Of a stretch of 64,000 bases of DNA, positions 27,036 to 42,461 are shown in pieces; within the stretch, counting starts at the first letter, position 1; every line of letters begins with the position of its first letter. The notes beneath the pieces are model-generated. The model had not been told where the DNA came from. It worked only from the letters and a program-made list of their open reading frames with translations, and searched no databases. The position numbers were made by a program, and so were the translations under genes. This DNA is from the human T2T-CHM13v2.0 reference genome, Homo sapiens, in the NCBI RefSeq assembly GCF_009914755.1, contig NC_060933.1, one strand, 5' to 3'.

Positions 27036-30000
27036 CAACTCGATTGCAATCGAATGGAATGGAATGGAATTAACCCGAATAGAATGGAATGGAATGGAAT
27101 GGAACGGAACGGAATGGAATGGAATGGAATGGAATGGAACGGAAAGGAATGGAATAGAATGGAATCGAATGGAATGGAATGCAATGGAATGGAATCAAGG
27201 CGAGTGAAGGGGAATGGAATGGAATCGAATGGAATGGAATGGAATGGAATGGAATGGAATCAACCCGAGTGCAGGGGAATGTAATGGAACGGAATGCAAT
27301 GGAATGGAATCATCCGGAATGGAATGAAATGGAATGGAATGGAATCAACCCGAGTGAAATGGAATGGAGTGGAATGGAATGGAATGGAATGGAACAACCC
27401 GAATGGAATGGAATGTAATGGAGAGTAAGGGAGTTGAAAAGAATCAATCCGAATGTAATGGAATAGAATGGAACGTAATGGAATGGAATGGAATGGAATG
27501 CAATGGAATGGAATCAACCAGAGTACAATGGAATGGAATGGAATGGAATGGAATGGAATGGAATGCAATGGAATGGAATCAACCAGAGTACAATGGAATG
27601 GAATGGAATGGAATGGAATGGAATGGAATGGAATGCAATGGAATGGAATCTTCCGGAATGGAATGGAATGGAATGGAATGGAATGGAATGCAGTGGATTC
27701 AACTCGATTGCAATGGAATGGAATAGAATGGAATGGAATGGAATGGAATGGAATTAAACCGAATAGAATGGAATGGAATGGAATGGAACGGAACGGAACG
27801 GAACGGAACGGAGTGGAATGGAATGGAATGGAATTGTATGGAATGGAATGGAATGGAACGGAATAGAATGGAATGGAAAGAATTGGAATGGAATGGAATC
27901 GAATGGAATGGAATGGAATGGAATGGAATCAACCCGAGTGCAGGGGTATGTAATGGAATGGAATGCAATGGAATGGAATCATCCGGAATGGAATGGAATG
28001 GAATGGAATGGAACGGAATGGAATGGAATCAACCCGAGTGCAATGGAATGGAGTGGAATGGAATGGAATGGAATGGAACAACCCGAATGGAATGGAATGT
28101 AATGGAGAGTAAGGGAGTTGAATAGAATCAATCCGAATGTAATGGAATGGAAGGGAATGGAATGGAATGGAATCGAATGGAATGGAATGGAATGGAATGG
28201 AATGCAATGGAATGGAATCAACCCGAGTACAATGGAACGGAATGTAATGTAATGTAATGGAATGGAATGGAATGGAATGGAATGGAATGGAATCAACCCG
28301 AGTGCAATGGAATGGAGAGGAATGGAATGGAATGGAATGGAAACTACCCAAATGGAATGGAATGTAATGGAGTGTAAGGGAATTGAATAGAATCAATCCG
28401 AAAGGAATGGAATGGAATGGAACGGAATGGAATGGAATGGAATGCAATGGAATGGAATCATCCGGAATGGAATGGAATGGAATGCAATGGAATGGAATGG
28501 AATGGAATCAACCCGAGTGCAATGGAATGGAGTGAAATGGAATGGAATGGAATGGAGACAACAAGAATGGATTGGAATATAATGGAGTGTAAGGGAATTG
28601 AATAGAATCAATCTGAATGTAATGAAATGGAATGGAACGGAATGGAATGGAATGGAATGGAATGGAATGGAATGGAATGGAATGCAATGGAATGGAATCA
28701 ACCAGAGTGCAATCGAATGGAATCGAATGGAATGGAATGCAATGGAATGGAATGGAATGGAATCAACTCGATTGCAATCGAATGGAATGGAATGGAATTA
28801 ACCCGAATAGAATGGAATGGAATGGAATGGAATGGAATGGAACGGAACGGAATGGAATGGATTGGAATGGAATGGAATGGAATGGAATGGAACGGAAAGG
28901 AATGGAATGGAATGGAATGGAATGGAATGGAATGGAATGGAATCAATGCGAGTGCAGGGGAATGGAATGGAATGGAATGCAATGCAATGGAATCTTCCGG
29001 AATGGAATGGAATGGAATGGAATGGAATGGAATGGAATGGAATGGAATTAACCCGAGTGCAATGGAATGGAGTGGAATGTAATGGAATGGAATGGAACAA
29101 CCCGAATGGAATGGAATGTAATGGAGAGTAAGGGAGTTGAATAGAATCAATCCGAATGTAATGGAATGGAATGGAAGGGAATGGAATGGAATGGAATGCA
29201 ATGGAATGGAATGGAATGCAATGGAATGGAATCAACCCGAGTGCAATCGAATGGAATCGAATGGAATGGAATGCAATGGAATGGATTCAACTTGAATGGA
29301 ATGGAAAGAATGGAATCAACACGAGTGGAATGGCATGGATTGGAATGGAATGGAATGGAATCAACCCGAGTACAGGGGAATGGAATGGAATGGAATGCAA
29401 TGGAATGGAATCATCCGTAATGGAATGGAAAGGAATGGAATGGAATGGAATGGAATGGAATGGAATGGAATGGAATGGAATGAAATCAACTCGATTGCAA
29501 TCGAATGGAATGGAATGGAATTAACCCGAATAGAATGGCATGGAATGGAATGGAACGGAACGGAATGGAATGGAATGGAATGGAACGGAACGGAATGGAA
29601 TGGAATGGAATGGAATGGAATGGAATGGAATCAACGCGAGTGCAGGGGAATGGAATGGAATGGAATGCAATGGAATGGAATCTTCCGGAATGGAATGGAA
29701 TGGAATAGAATGGAATGAAATGCAATGGATTCAACTCGATTGCAATGGAATGGAATAGAATGGAATGGAATGGAATGGAATGGAATGGAATGGAATGGAA
29801 TGGAATTAACCCGAATAGAATGGAATGAAATGGAATGGAACGGAATGGAACGGAATGGAATGGAATGCAATGCAATGGAATGGTATGGAATGGAATGGAA
29901 TGGTACGGAATAGAATGAAATGGAACGAATTGTAATGGAATGGAATTAAATGGAATGGAATGGAATGGAATCAACGCGAGTGCAGGGGAATGTAATGGAA

Positions 30001-33000
30001 CGGAATGCAATGGAATGGAATCATCCGGAATGGAATGGAATGGAATGGAATGGAATGGAATCAACCCGAGTGCAATTGAATGGAGTGGAATGGAATGGAA
30101 TGGAATGGAACAACCCGAATGGAATGGAATGTAATGGAGAGTAAGGGAGTTGAATAGAATCAATCCGAATGTAATGGAATGGAATGCAACGGAATGGAAT
30201 GGAATGTAATGGAATGGAATGCAATGGAATAGAATCAACCCGAGTACAATGGAATGGAATGGAATGGAATGGAATACCTTCAAACCGAATGGAATGGAAA
30301 GGAATGGAATCAACACGAGTGGAATGGAATGGAATGGAATGGAATGGAATGGAATGGAATGATACGGAATAGAATGGAATGGAACAAAATGGAATGAAAT
30401 GGAATGGAATGGAATGGAATGGAATGGAATGGAATGGAATCGTTCCGAGTGGAATAGGAGGGAATGTATTCGAGTGGAATGGAAAGGAATGGAATCAACC
30501 AGAGTGGAATGGAAGGGAATGGAATGGAATGGAAACTAATAGAATGGAATCAACCCGAGTGGAATGGAATGGAAAGGACAGGAATGGAAAGGAATGGAAT
30601 GGAATGGAATGGAATGGAATGGAATGGAACGGAATCAACGCGAGTGCAGGGGAATGGAATAGAATCGAATGAAATGGAATGGAATGGAATGGAATCAACC
30701 CGAGTGCAGGGGAATGTAATGGAACGGAATGCAATGGAATGGAATCATTCGGAATGGAATGGAATGCAATGGAATGGAATCAACCCGAGTGCAATGGAAT
30801 GGAGTGGAATGGAATGGAATGGAATTGAAAGGAACAACCCGAATGGAATGGAATGTAATGGAGAGTAAGGGAGTTGAAAAGAATCAATCCGAATGTAATG
30901 GAATGGAATGGATCGGAATGGAATGCAATGGAATGGAATGGAATGGAATGGAATGGAATCAACCCGAGTACAATGGAATGGAATGGAATGGAATGGAATG
31001 GAATGGAATGCAATGGAATGGAATCTTCCGGAATTGAATGGAATGGAATGGAAAGGAATGGAATGCAATGGATTCAACTCGATTGCAATGGAATGGAATA
31101 GAATGGAATGGAATGGAATTAAACCGAATAGAATGGAATGGAATGGAATGGAACGGAACGGAACGGAATGGAACGGAGTGGAATGGAATGGAATGGAATT
31201 GTATGGAATGGAATGGAATGGTACGGAATAGAATGGAATGCAAAGAATTGGAATGGAATGGAATGGAATGGAATGGAATGGAATGGAATCAACCAGAGTG
31301 CAGGGGAATGTAATGGAACGGAATGCAATGGAATGGAATCATCCGGAATGGAATGGAATGCAACGGAATGAAATGGAATGGAATGGAATGGAATGGAATG
31401 GAATGGAATGCCTTCAAACCGAATGGAATGGAAAGGAATGGAATCAACACGAATGGAATGGAATGGAATGGAATGGAATGGAATGGAATGGAATGGAATG
31501 GAATGATACGGAATAGAATGGAATGGAACGAAATGGAATGGAATGGAATGGAATGGAATGGAATGGAATGGAATGGAATGGAATCGTTCCGAGTGGAATA
31601 GGAGGGAATGTATTCGAGTGGAATGGAAAGGAATGGAATCATCCAGAGTGCAATGGAAGGGAATGGAATGGAATGGAAACTAATAGAATGGAATCAACGC
31701 GAGTGGAATGGAATGGAAAGGACTGGAATGGAATGGAATGGAATGGAATGGAATGGAATCAACTCGATTGTAATGGAATGGAATGAAATGGAATGGAATG
31801 GAATGGAATGGAATTAACCCGAATACAATGGAATGGAATGGAATAGAATGGAATGGAGTGGAATGGAATGGAATCAACCCGAGTGCAGGGGAACGGAATG
31901 GAATGGAATGCAATGGAATGGAATCATCCGGAATGGAATGGAATGGAATGGAATGGAATCAAACCGAGTGCAATGCAATGGAGTGGAATGGAATGGAATC
32001 AACCCGAGTGCAGGGGAATGGAATGGAATGGAATGCAATGGAATGGAATCATTGGTAATGGAATGGAAAGGAATGGAATGGAATGGAATGGAATGGAATG
32101 GAATGGAATCAACACGATTGCAATCGAATGGAATGGAATGGAATTAACCCGAATAGAACGGAACGGATTGGAATAGAATGGAATTGAACGGAACGGAATG
32201 GAATGGAATGGAATGGAATGGAATGGAATGGAATCAACGTGAGTGCAGGGGAATGGAATGGAATGGAATGCAATGGAATGGAATCTTCCGGAATGGAATG
32301 GAATGGAATGGAATGGAATGAAATGCAATGGATTCAACTCGATTGCAATGGAATGGAATAGAATGGAATGGAATGGAATGGAATGGAATTAATCCGAATT
32401 GAATGGAATGGAATGTAATGGAAAGGAATGGAACGGAATGGAATGGAATGGAATGGTATGGAATGGAATGGAATGGTACGGAATAGAATGGAATGGAACG
32501 AATTGTAATGGAATGGAATTGAATGGAAAGGAATGGAATGGAATCGAATCAACGAGAGTGCAGGGGAATGTAAAGGAACGGAATGCAATGTAAAGGAATC
32601 ATACGGAATGGAATGGAATGGAATGGAATGGTATGGAATCAACCCGAGTGCAATGGAATGGAGTGGAATGGAATGGAATGCAATGGAACAACCCGAATGG
32701 AATGGAATGTAATGGAGAGTAAGGGAGTTGAATAGAATCAATCCGAATGTAATGGAATGGAATGCAACGGAATGGAATGGAATGGAATGGAATGGAATGG
32801 AATGCAATGGAATGGAATCAACTTGAGTACAATGGAATGGAATGGAATGGAATGGAATGGAATGGAATGGAATAAAATGGAATGATACGGAATAGAATGG
32901 AATGGAACGAAATGGAATGGAATGGAAGGGAATGGAATGGAATCGTTCCGAGTGCAATAGGAGGGAATGTATTCGAGTGGAATGGAAAGGAATGTAATCA

Positions 33001-34812
33001 ACCAGAGTGGAATGGAAGGGAATGGAATGGAATGGAAACTAATAGAATGGAATCAACCCAAGTGGAATGGAATGGAAAGGACTGGAATGGAATGGAATGG
33101 AATGGAATCAACTCGATTGTAATGGAATGGAATGGAATGGAATGGAATGGAATGGAATGGAATGGAGTGGAATGGAATGGAATCAACCCGAGTGCAGGGG
33201 AATGGAATGGAATGGAATGCAATGCAATGGAATCATCCAGAATGGAATGGAATGGAATGGAATGCAAAGCAATGGAATCAAGTCGATTGCAATGGAATGG
33301 AATGGAATGGAAAGGAATACATTGGAATCAACCCGACTGGAATGGAATGGAAAGGACTGGAATGGAGTGGAATGGAATGGAATGGAATGGAATGGAATCA
33401 ACTCGATTGGAATGGAATGGAATGGAATGGAATGGAAAAGAATTAACCCGAATAGAATGGAATGGAATGGAATGGAATGGAACGGAACGTAATGGAATGG
33501 AAAGGAATGGAATGGAATGGAATGGAATGGAATCAACCCGACTGCAGCGGAATGGAATGGAATGGAATGCAATGGAATGGATTCAACTTGAATGGAATGG
33601 AAAGAATGGAATCAACACGAGTGGAATGGCATGCATTGGAATGGAATGGAATGGAATCAACCCGAGTACAGGGGAATGGAATGGAATGGAATGCAATGGA
33701 ATGGAATCTTCCGGAATGGAATGGAATGGAATGGAATGGAATGGAATGGAATGGAACGGAAAGGAATGGAATGGAAACGGAATGGAATGGAATGGAATGG
33801 AATGGAATGGAATGGAATGTAACGGAACAGAACGGAATGGAATGGATTGGAATGGAATGGAATGGAATGGAATGATACGGAATAGAATGGAATGGAACGA
33901 AATGGAATGGAACGGAATGGAATGGAATGGAATGGAATGGAATGGAATCGTTCCCAGTGGAATAGGAGGGAATGTATTCGAGTGGAATGGAAAGGAATGG
34001 AATCAACCAGACTGGAATGGAAGGGAATGGAATGGAATGGAAACTAATAGAATGGAATCAACCCGAGTGGAATGGAATGGAAAGGACTGGAATGGAATGG
34101 AATGGAATGGAATGGAATGGAATGGATTCAACTCGATTGTAATGGAATGGAATGGAATGGAACGGAATGGAATGGAATTAACCCGAATACAATGGAATGG
34201 AATGGAATGGAACGGAATGGAGTGGAGTGGAATGGAATCAACCCGAGTGCAGGAGAATGGAATGGAATGGAATGCAATGGAATGGAATCATCCGGAATGG
34301 AATGGAATGGAATGGAATGCAAAGCAATGGAATCAACTAGATTGCAATGGAATGGAATGGAATGGAAAGGAATACATTGGAATCAACCCGAGTGGAATGG
34401 AATGGAAAGGACTGGAATGGAGTGGAATGGAATGGAATGGTATGGAATGGAATCAACTCGATTGGAATGGAATGGAATGGAATGGAATGGAATTAACCCG
34501 AATAGAATGGAATGGAGTGGAATGGAACGGAACGGAATGGAATGGAATGGAATGGAATGGAATCAACCCGACTGCAGGGGAATGGAATGGAATGGAATGC
34601 AATGGAATGGATTCAACTTGAATGGAATGGAAAGAATGGAATCAACACGAGTGGAATGGCATGGATTGGAATGGAATGGAATGGAATCAACCCGAGGACA
34701 GGGGAATGGAATGGAATGGAATGCAATGGAATGGAATCATCCGTAATGGAATGGAAAGGAATGGAATGGAATGGAATGGAATGGAATGGAATGGAATGGA
34801 ATGGAATGGAAT

Positions 34813-36760
34813 CAACTCGATTGCAATCGAATGGAATGGAATGGAATTAACCCGAATAGAATGGAATGGAATGGATTGGAAGGGAACGGAATGGAATGGA
34901 ATGGAATGGAATGGAATGGAACGGAACGGAATGGAATAGAATGGAATGGAATGGAATGGAATGGAATCAACGCGAGTGCAGGGGAATGGAATGGAATGCA
35001 ATGCAATGGAAAGGAATCATCCGTAATGGAATGGAATGGAATGGAATGGAATGGAATGGAATGGAATGGAATGGAATGGAATCAAATCGATTGCAATCGA
35101 ATGGAATGGAATGGAATTAACCCGAATAGAATGGAATGGAATGGAATGGAACGGAACGGAATGGAATGGAATGGAATGGAATGGAACGGAACGGAATGGA
35201 ATAGAATGGAATGGAATGGAATGGAATGGAATGGAATCAACGCGAGTGCACGGGAATGGAATGGAATGGAATGCAATGGAATGCAATCTTCCGGAATGGA
35301 ATGGAATGGAATGGAATGGAATGAAATGCAATGGTTTCAACTCGATTGCAATGGAATGGAATAGAATGGAATGGAATGGAAAGGAATCGAATTAATCCGA
35401 ATAGAATGGAATGGAATGGAATGGAACGGAATGGAACGAAATGGAATGGAATGGAATGGTATGGAATGGAATGGAGTGGTACGGAATAGAATGGAATGGA
35501 ATGAATTGTAATGGAATGGAATTGAATGGAATGGAATGGAATGGAATGGAATCAACGCGAGTGCAGGGGAATGTAATGGAACGGAATGCAATGCAATGGA
35601 ATCATCCGGAATGGAATGGAATGGAATGGAATGGAATCAACCCGAGTGCAATGGAATGGAGTCGAATGGAATGGAATGGAATGGAACAACCCGAATGGAA
35701 TGGAATGTAATGGAGAGTAAGGGAGTTGAATAGAATCAATCCGAATGTAATGGAATGGAATGCAACGGAATGGAATGGAATGGAATGGAATCAACTCGAT
35801 TGCAATCGAATGGAATGGAATGGAATTAACCCGAATAGAATGGAATGGAATGGAATGGAAGGGAACGGAATGGAATGGAATGGAATGGAATGGAATGGAA
35901 CGGAACGGAATGGAATAGAATGGAATGGAATGGAATGGAATGGAATCAACGCGAGTGCAGGGGAATGGAATGGAATGGAATGCAATGGAAAGGAATCATC
36001 CGTAATGGAATGGAATGGAATGGAATGGAATGGAATGGAATGGAATGGAATGGAATCAAATCGATTGCAATCGAATGGAATGGAATGGAATTAACCCGAA
36101 TAGAATGGAATGGAATGGAATGGAACGGAACGGAATGGAATGGAATGGAATGGAATGGAACGGAACGGAATGGAATAGAATGGAATGGAATGGAATGGAA
36201 TGGAATCAACGCGAGTGCACGGGAATGGAATGGAATGGAATGCAATGGAATGGAATCTTCCGGAATGGAATGGAATGGAATGGAATGGAATGAAATGCAA
36301 TGGTTTCAACTCGATTGCAATGGAATGGAATAGAATGGAATGGAATGGAATGGAATGGAATTAATCCGAATAGAATGGAATGGAATGGAATGGAACGGAA
36401 TGGAACGGAATGGAATGGAATGGAATGGTATGGAATGGAATGGAATGGTACGGAATAGAATGGAATGGAAGGAATTGTAATGGAATGGAATTGAATGGAA
36501 TGGAATGGAATGGAATGGAATCAACGCGAGTGCAGGGGAATGTAATGGAACGGAATGCAATGCAATGGAATCATCCGGAATGGAATGGAATGGAATGGAA
36601 TGGAATCAACCCGAGTGCAATGGAATGGAGTCGAATGGAATGGAATGGAATGGAACAACCCGAATGGAATGGAATGTAATGGAGAGTAAGGGAGTTGAAT
36701 AGAATCAATCCGAATGTAATGGAATGGAATGCAACGGAATGGAATGGAATGGAATGGAAT
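34813..36760 (+). repeat. 969 bp tandem duplication at the end of 15.6 kb copy 2
   Basis: ORF pairs 35337/36306, 35411/36380 and 35536/36505 are offset 969; same private variants. Confidence 0.9.
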
Positions 36761-39700
36761 GGAATGCAATGGAATGGAATCAACCCGAGTACAACGGAAT
36801 GGAATGGAATGGAATGGAATGGAATGGAATGGAATGGAATGGAATGGAATGAAATGGAATGATACGGAATAGAATGGAATGAAACGAAATGGAATGGAAT
36901 GGAATGGAATGGAATGGAATGGAATGGAATGGAATGGAATGGAATCGATCCGAGTGGAATAGAAGGGAATGTATTCGAGTGGAATGGAAAGGAATGGAAT
37001 CAACCAGAGTGGAATGGAAGGGAATGGAATGGAATGGAAACTAATAGAATGGAATCAACCCGAGTGGAATGGAATGGAAAGCACTGGAATGGAATGGAAT
37101 GGAATGGAATCAACTCGATTGTAATGCAATGGAATGGAATGGAATGGAATGGAATGGAATGGAGTGGAATGGAATGGAATCAACACGAGTGCAGGGGAAT
37201 GGAATGGAATGGAATGCAATGGAATGGAATCATCCGGAATGGAATGGAATGGAATGGAATGCAAAGCAATGGAATCAACTCGATTGCACTGGAATGGAAT
37301 GGAATGGAAAGGAATACATTGGAATCAACCCGACTGGAATGGAATGGAAAGGACTGGAATGGAGTGGAATGGAATGGAATGGAATGGAATGGAATCAACT
37401 CGATTGGAATGGAATGGAATGGAATGGAATGGAAAAGAATTAACCCGAATAGAATGGAATGGAATGGAATGGAACGGAACGGAATAGAATGGAATGGAAT
37501 GGAATGGAATGGAATAAACCCGACTGCAGGGGAATGGAATGGAATGGAATGCAATGGAATGGATTCAACTTGAATGGAATGGAAAGAATGGAATCAACAG
37601 GAGTGGAATGGCATGGATTGGAATGGAATGGAATGGAATCAACCCGAGTACAGGGGAATGGAATGGAATGGAATGCAATGGAATGGAATCATCCGTAATG
37701 GAATGGAAAGGAATGGAATGGAATGGAATGGAATGGAATGGAATGGAATCAACTCGATTGCAATCGAATGGAATGGAATGGAATTAACCCGAATAGAATG
37801 GAATGGAATGGAATGGAACGGAACAGAACGGAATGGAATGGATTGGAATGGAATGGAATGGAATGGAATGGAATGGAACGGAAAGGAATGGAATGGAATG
37901 GAATGGAATGGAATGGAATGGAATGGAATCAACGCGAGTGCAGGGGAATGGAATGAAATGGAATGCAATGGAATGGAATCTTCTGGAATGGAATGGAATG
38001 GAATGGAATGGAATGGAATAAACCCGAGTGCAATGGAATGGAGTGGAAAGCAGTGGAATGGAATGGGACAACCCGAATGGAATGGAATGTAATGGAGAGT
38101 AAGGGAGTTGAAGAGAATCAATCCGAATGTAATGGAATGGAATGGAACGGAATGGAATTGAATGGAATGGAAAGGAATGCAATGGAATGGAATCAACCCG
38201 AGTGCAATGGAATGGAGAGGAATGGAATGGAATGGAATGGAAACTACCCGAATGGAATGGAATGTAATGGAGTGTAAGGGAATTGAATAGAATCAATCCG
38301 AATGTAATGGAATGGAATGGAACGGAATGGAATGGAATGGAATGGAATGGAATGCAATGGAATGGAATCAACCCGACTGCAATCGAATGGAATCGAATGG
38401 AATGGAATGCAATGGAATGGATTCAACTTGAATGGAAGAGAAAGAATGGAATCAACACGAGTGGAATGGCATGGATTGGAATGGAATGCAATGGAATCAA
38501 CACGAGTACAGGGGAATGGAATGGAATGGAATGCAATGGAATGGAATCATCCGTAATGGAATGGAAAGGAATGGAATGGAATGGAATGGAATGGAATGGA
38601 ATGGAATGGAATGGAATCAACTCGATTGCAATCGAATGGAATGGAATGGAATTAACCCGAATAGAATGGAATGGAATGGAATGGAACGGAATGGAATGGA
38701 ATGGAATGGAATGGAATGGAATGGAATGGAATGGAATGCAATGGAATGGAATGGAATGGAATGGAATGGAATGCAATGGAATGGAATCAACCCGAGTGCA
38801 ATCGAATGGAATCGAATGGAATGGAATGCAATGGAATGGATTCAACTTGAATGGAATGGAAAGAATGGAATCAACACGAGTGGAATGGCATGGATTGGAA
38901 TAGAATGGAATGGAAACAACCCGAGTACAGGGGAATGGAATGGAATGCAATGCAATGGAATGGAATCATCCGTAATGGAATGGAAAGGAATGGAATGGAA
39001 TGGAATGGAATGGAATGAAATGGAATCAACTCGATTGCAATCGAATGGAATGGAATGGAATTAACCCGAATAGCATGGAAAGGAATGGAATGGAACGGAA
39101 CGGAATGGAATGGAATGGAATGGAATGGAATGGTATGGAATGGAATGGAATGGTACGGAATAGAATGGAATGGAATGAATTGTAATGGAATGGAATTGAA
39201 TGGAATGGAATGGAATCAACGCGAGTGCAGGGGAATGTAATGGAACGGAATGCAATGGAATGGAATCATCCGGGATGGAATGGAATGGAATGGAATGGAA
39301 TGGAATGGAATCAACCAGAGTGCAATGGAATGGAGTGGAATGGACTGGAATGGAATGGACCAACCCGAATGGAATGGAATGTAATGGAGAGTAATGGAGT
39401 TGAATAGAATCAATCCGAATGTAATGGAATGGAATTCAACCTAATGGAATGGAATGGAATGGAATGGAATGGAATGCAATGGAATGGAATCAACCCGAGT
39501 ACAATGGAATGGAATGGAATGGAATGAAATGGAATGGAATGGAATGGAATGATACGGAATAGAATGGAATGGAACGAAATGGAATGGAATGGAATGGAAT
39601 GGAATGGAATGGAATGGAATGGAATGGAACGGAATGGAATGGAATCGTTCCGAGTGGAATAGAAGGGAATGTATTCGAGTGGAATGGAAAGGAATGGAAT

Positions 39701-42246
39701 CAACCTGAGTGGAATGGAAGGGAATGGAATGGAATGGAAACTAATAGAATGGAATCAACCCGAGTGGAATGGAATGGAAAGGACTGGAATGGAATGGAAT
39801 GGAATGGAATGGAAACAAATCGATTGTAATGGAATGGAATGGAATGGAATGGAATGGAATGGAATGGAATGGAATTAACCCGAATACAATGGAATGGAAT
39901 GGAATGGAACGGAATGGAGTGGAATGGAATGGAATCAACCCGAGTGCAGGAGAATGGAATGGAATGGAATGCAATGGAATGGAATCATCCGGAATGGAAT
40001 GGAATGGAATGGAATGCAAAGCAATGGAATCAACTCGATTGCAATGGAATGGAATGGAATGGAAAGGAATACATTGGAATCAACCCGAGTGGAATGGAAT
40101 GGAAAGGACTGGAATGGAGTGGAATGGAATGGAATGGAATGGAATGGAATCAACTCGATTGGAATGGAATGGAATGGAATGGAATGGAATGGAATTAACC
40201 CGAATAGAATGGAATGGAATGGAACGGAACGGAACGGAACGGAACGGAATGGAATGGAATGGAATTTAATGGAATGGAATCAACCCGACTGCAGGGGAAT
40301 GGAATGGAATGGAATGCAATGGAATGGATTCAACTTGAATGGAATGGAAAGAATGGAATCAACACGAGTGGAATGGCATCGATTGGAATGGAATGGAATG
40401 GAATCAACCCGAGTACAGGGGAATGGAATGGAATGGAATGCAATGGAATGGAATCATCCATAATGGAATGGAAAGGAATGGAATGGAATGGAATGGAATG
40501 GAATGGAATGGAATCAACTCGATTGCAGTCGAATGGAATGGAATGGAATTAATCCGAATAGAATGGAATGGAATGGAATGGAACGGAACGGAATGGAATG
40601 GAATGCAATGGAATGGAACGGAACGGAACGGAACGGAATGGAATGGAATGGAATGGAATGGAATGGAATCAACACGAGTGCAGGGGAATGGAATGGAATG
40701 GAATGCAATGGAATGGAATCTTCCGGAATGGAATGGAATGGAATGGAATGGAATGAAATGCAATGGATTCAACGCGATTGCAATGGAATGGAATAGAATG
40801 GAATGGAATGGAATGGAATGGAATTAATCCGAATAGAATGGAATGGAATGGAATGGAACGGAATGGAACGGAATGGAATGGAATGGAATGGAATGGAATG
40901 GAACAGAATTGAATGGAATGGAATGGAATGGAATGCAATGGAATGGAATGGAATGGAATGGAATGGAACGCAATGGAATGGAATCAACCCGAGTGCAATC
41001 GAGTGGAATCGAATGGAATGCAATGCAATGGAATGGATTCAACTTGAATGGAATGGAAAGAATGGAATCAACACGAGTGGAATGGCATGGATTGGAATAG
41101 AATGGAATGGAAACAACCCGAGTACAGGGGAATGGAATGGAATGCAATGCAATGGAATGGAATCATCCGTAATGGAATGGAAAGGAATGGAATGGAATGG
41201 AATGGAATGGAATGGAATCAACTCGATTGCAATGGAATGGAATGGAATGGAATTAAACCGAATAGCATGGAAAGGAATGGAATGGAACGGAACGGAATGG
41301 AATGGAATGGAATGGAATGGAACGGAACGGAACGAAACGGAACGGAATGGAATGGAATGGAATGGAATGGAATGGAATGGAATGGAATAAACGCGAGTGC
41401 AGGGGAATGGAATGGAATGGAATGCAGTGGAATGGAATCTTCCGGAATGGAATGGAATGGAATGGAATGGAATGAAATGCAATGGATTCAACTCGATTGC
41501 AATAGAATGGAATAGAATGGAATGGAATGGAATGGAATGGAATGGAATTAACCCGAATAGTATGGAATGGAATGGAATGCAACGGAATGGAAAGGAATGG
41601 AATGGAATGGAATGCAATGGAATGGTATGGAATGGAGTAGAATGGTACGGAATAGAATGGAATGGAACGAATTGTAATGGAATGGAATTGAATGGAATGG
41701 AATGGAATGGAATGGAATCAACGCGAGTGCAGGGGAATGTAATGGAAGGGAATGCAATGGAATGGAATCATCCGGAATGGAATGGAATGGAATGGAATGG
41801 AATGGAATGGAATCAACCCGAGTGCAATGGAATGGAGTGGAATGGAATGGAATGGAATGGAACAACCCGAATGGAATGGAATGTAATGGAGAGTAAGGGA
41901 GTTGAATAGAATCAGTCCGAATGTAATGGAATGAAATGCAACGGAATGGAATGGAATGGAATGGAATGGAATGCAATGGAATGGAATCAACCCGAGTACA
42001 ATGGAATGGAATGGAATGGAATGGAATGGAATGCCTTCAAACCGAATGGAATGGAAAGGAATGGAATCAACACGAGTGGAATGGAATGGAATGGAATCAA
42101 TGGAATGATACGGAATAGAATGGAATGGAACGAAATGGAATGGAATGGAATGGAATGGAATGGAATGCAATGGAATGGAATGGAATCAACGCGAGTGGAG
42201 GGGAATGGAATGGAATCGAATGGAATGGAATGGAATGGAATTGAAT

Positions 42247-42461
42247 CATCCGGAATGGAATAGAATGGAATGGAATGGAATCAACCCGAGTGCAGGAGAA
42301 TGTAACGGAACGGAATGCAGTGGAATGGAATCATCCGGAATGGAATAGAATGGAATGGAATGGAATCAACCCGAGTGCAGGGGAATGTAACGGAACGGAA
42401 TGCAATGGAATGGAATCATCCGGAATGGAATAGAATGGAATGGAATGGAATCAACCCGAGT
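42247..42461 (+). repeat. 85 bp tandem minirepeat (~2.5 copies)
   Basis: CATCCGGAATGGAATAGAAT at 42247, 42332 and 42417, each followed by CAACCCGAGTG. The first two carry the rare GTAACGGAACGG. Confidence 0.85.

Larger units (their letters stand above)
21191..36780 (+). repeat. 15.6 kb tandem duplication, copy 2 (15,590 bp)
   Basis: Collinear with 5546-21190. Differs by scattered substitutions (e.g. CGTTCC ~6310 vs CATTCC ~21955; CCCGAA 9931 vs CCTGAA 25581), whole-pentamer indels and one 60 bp deletion near 31,380. Confidence 0.95.
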
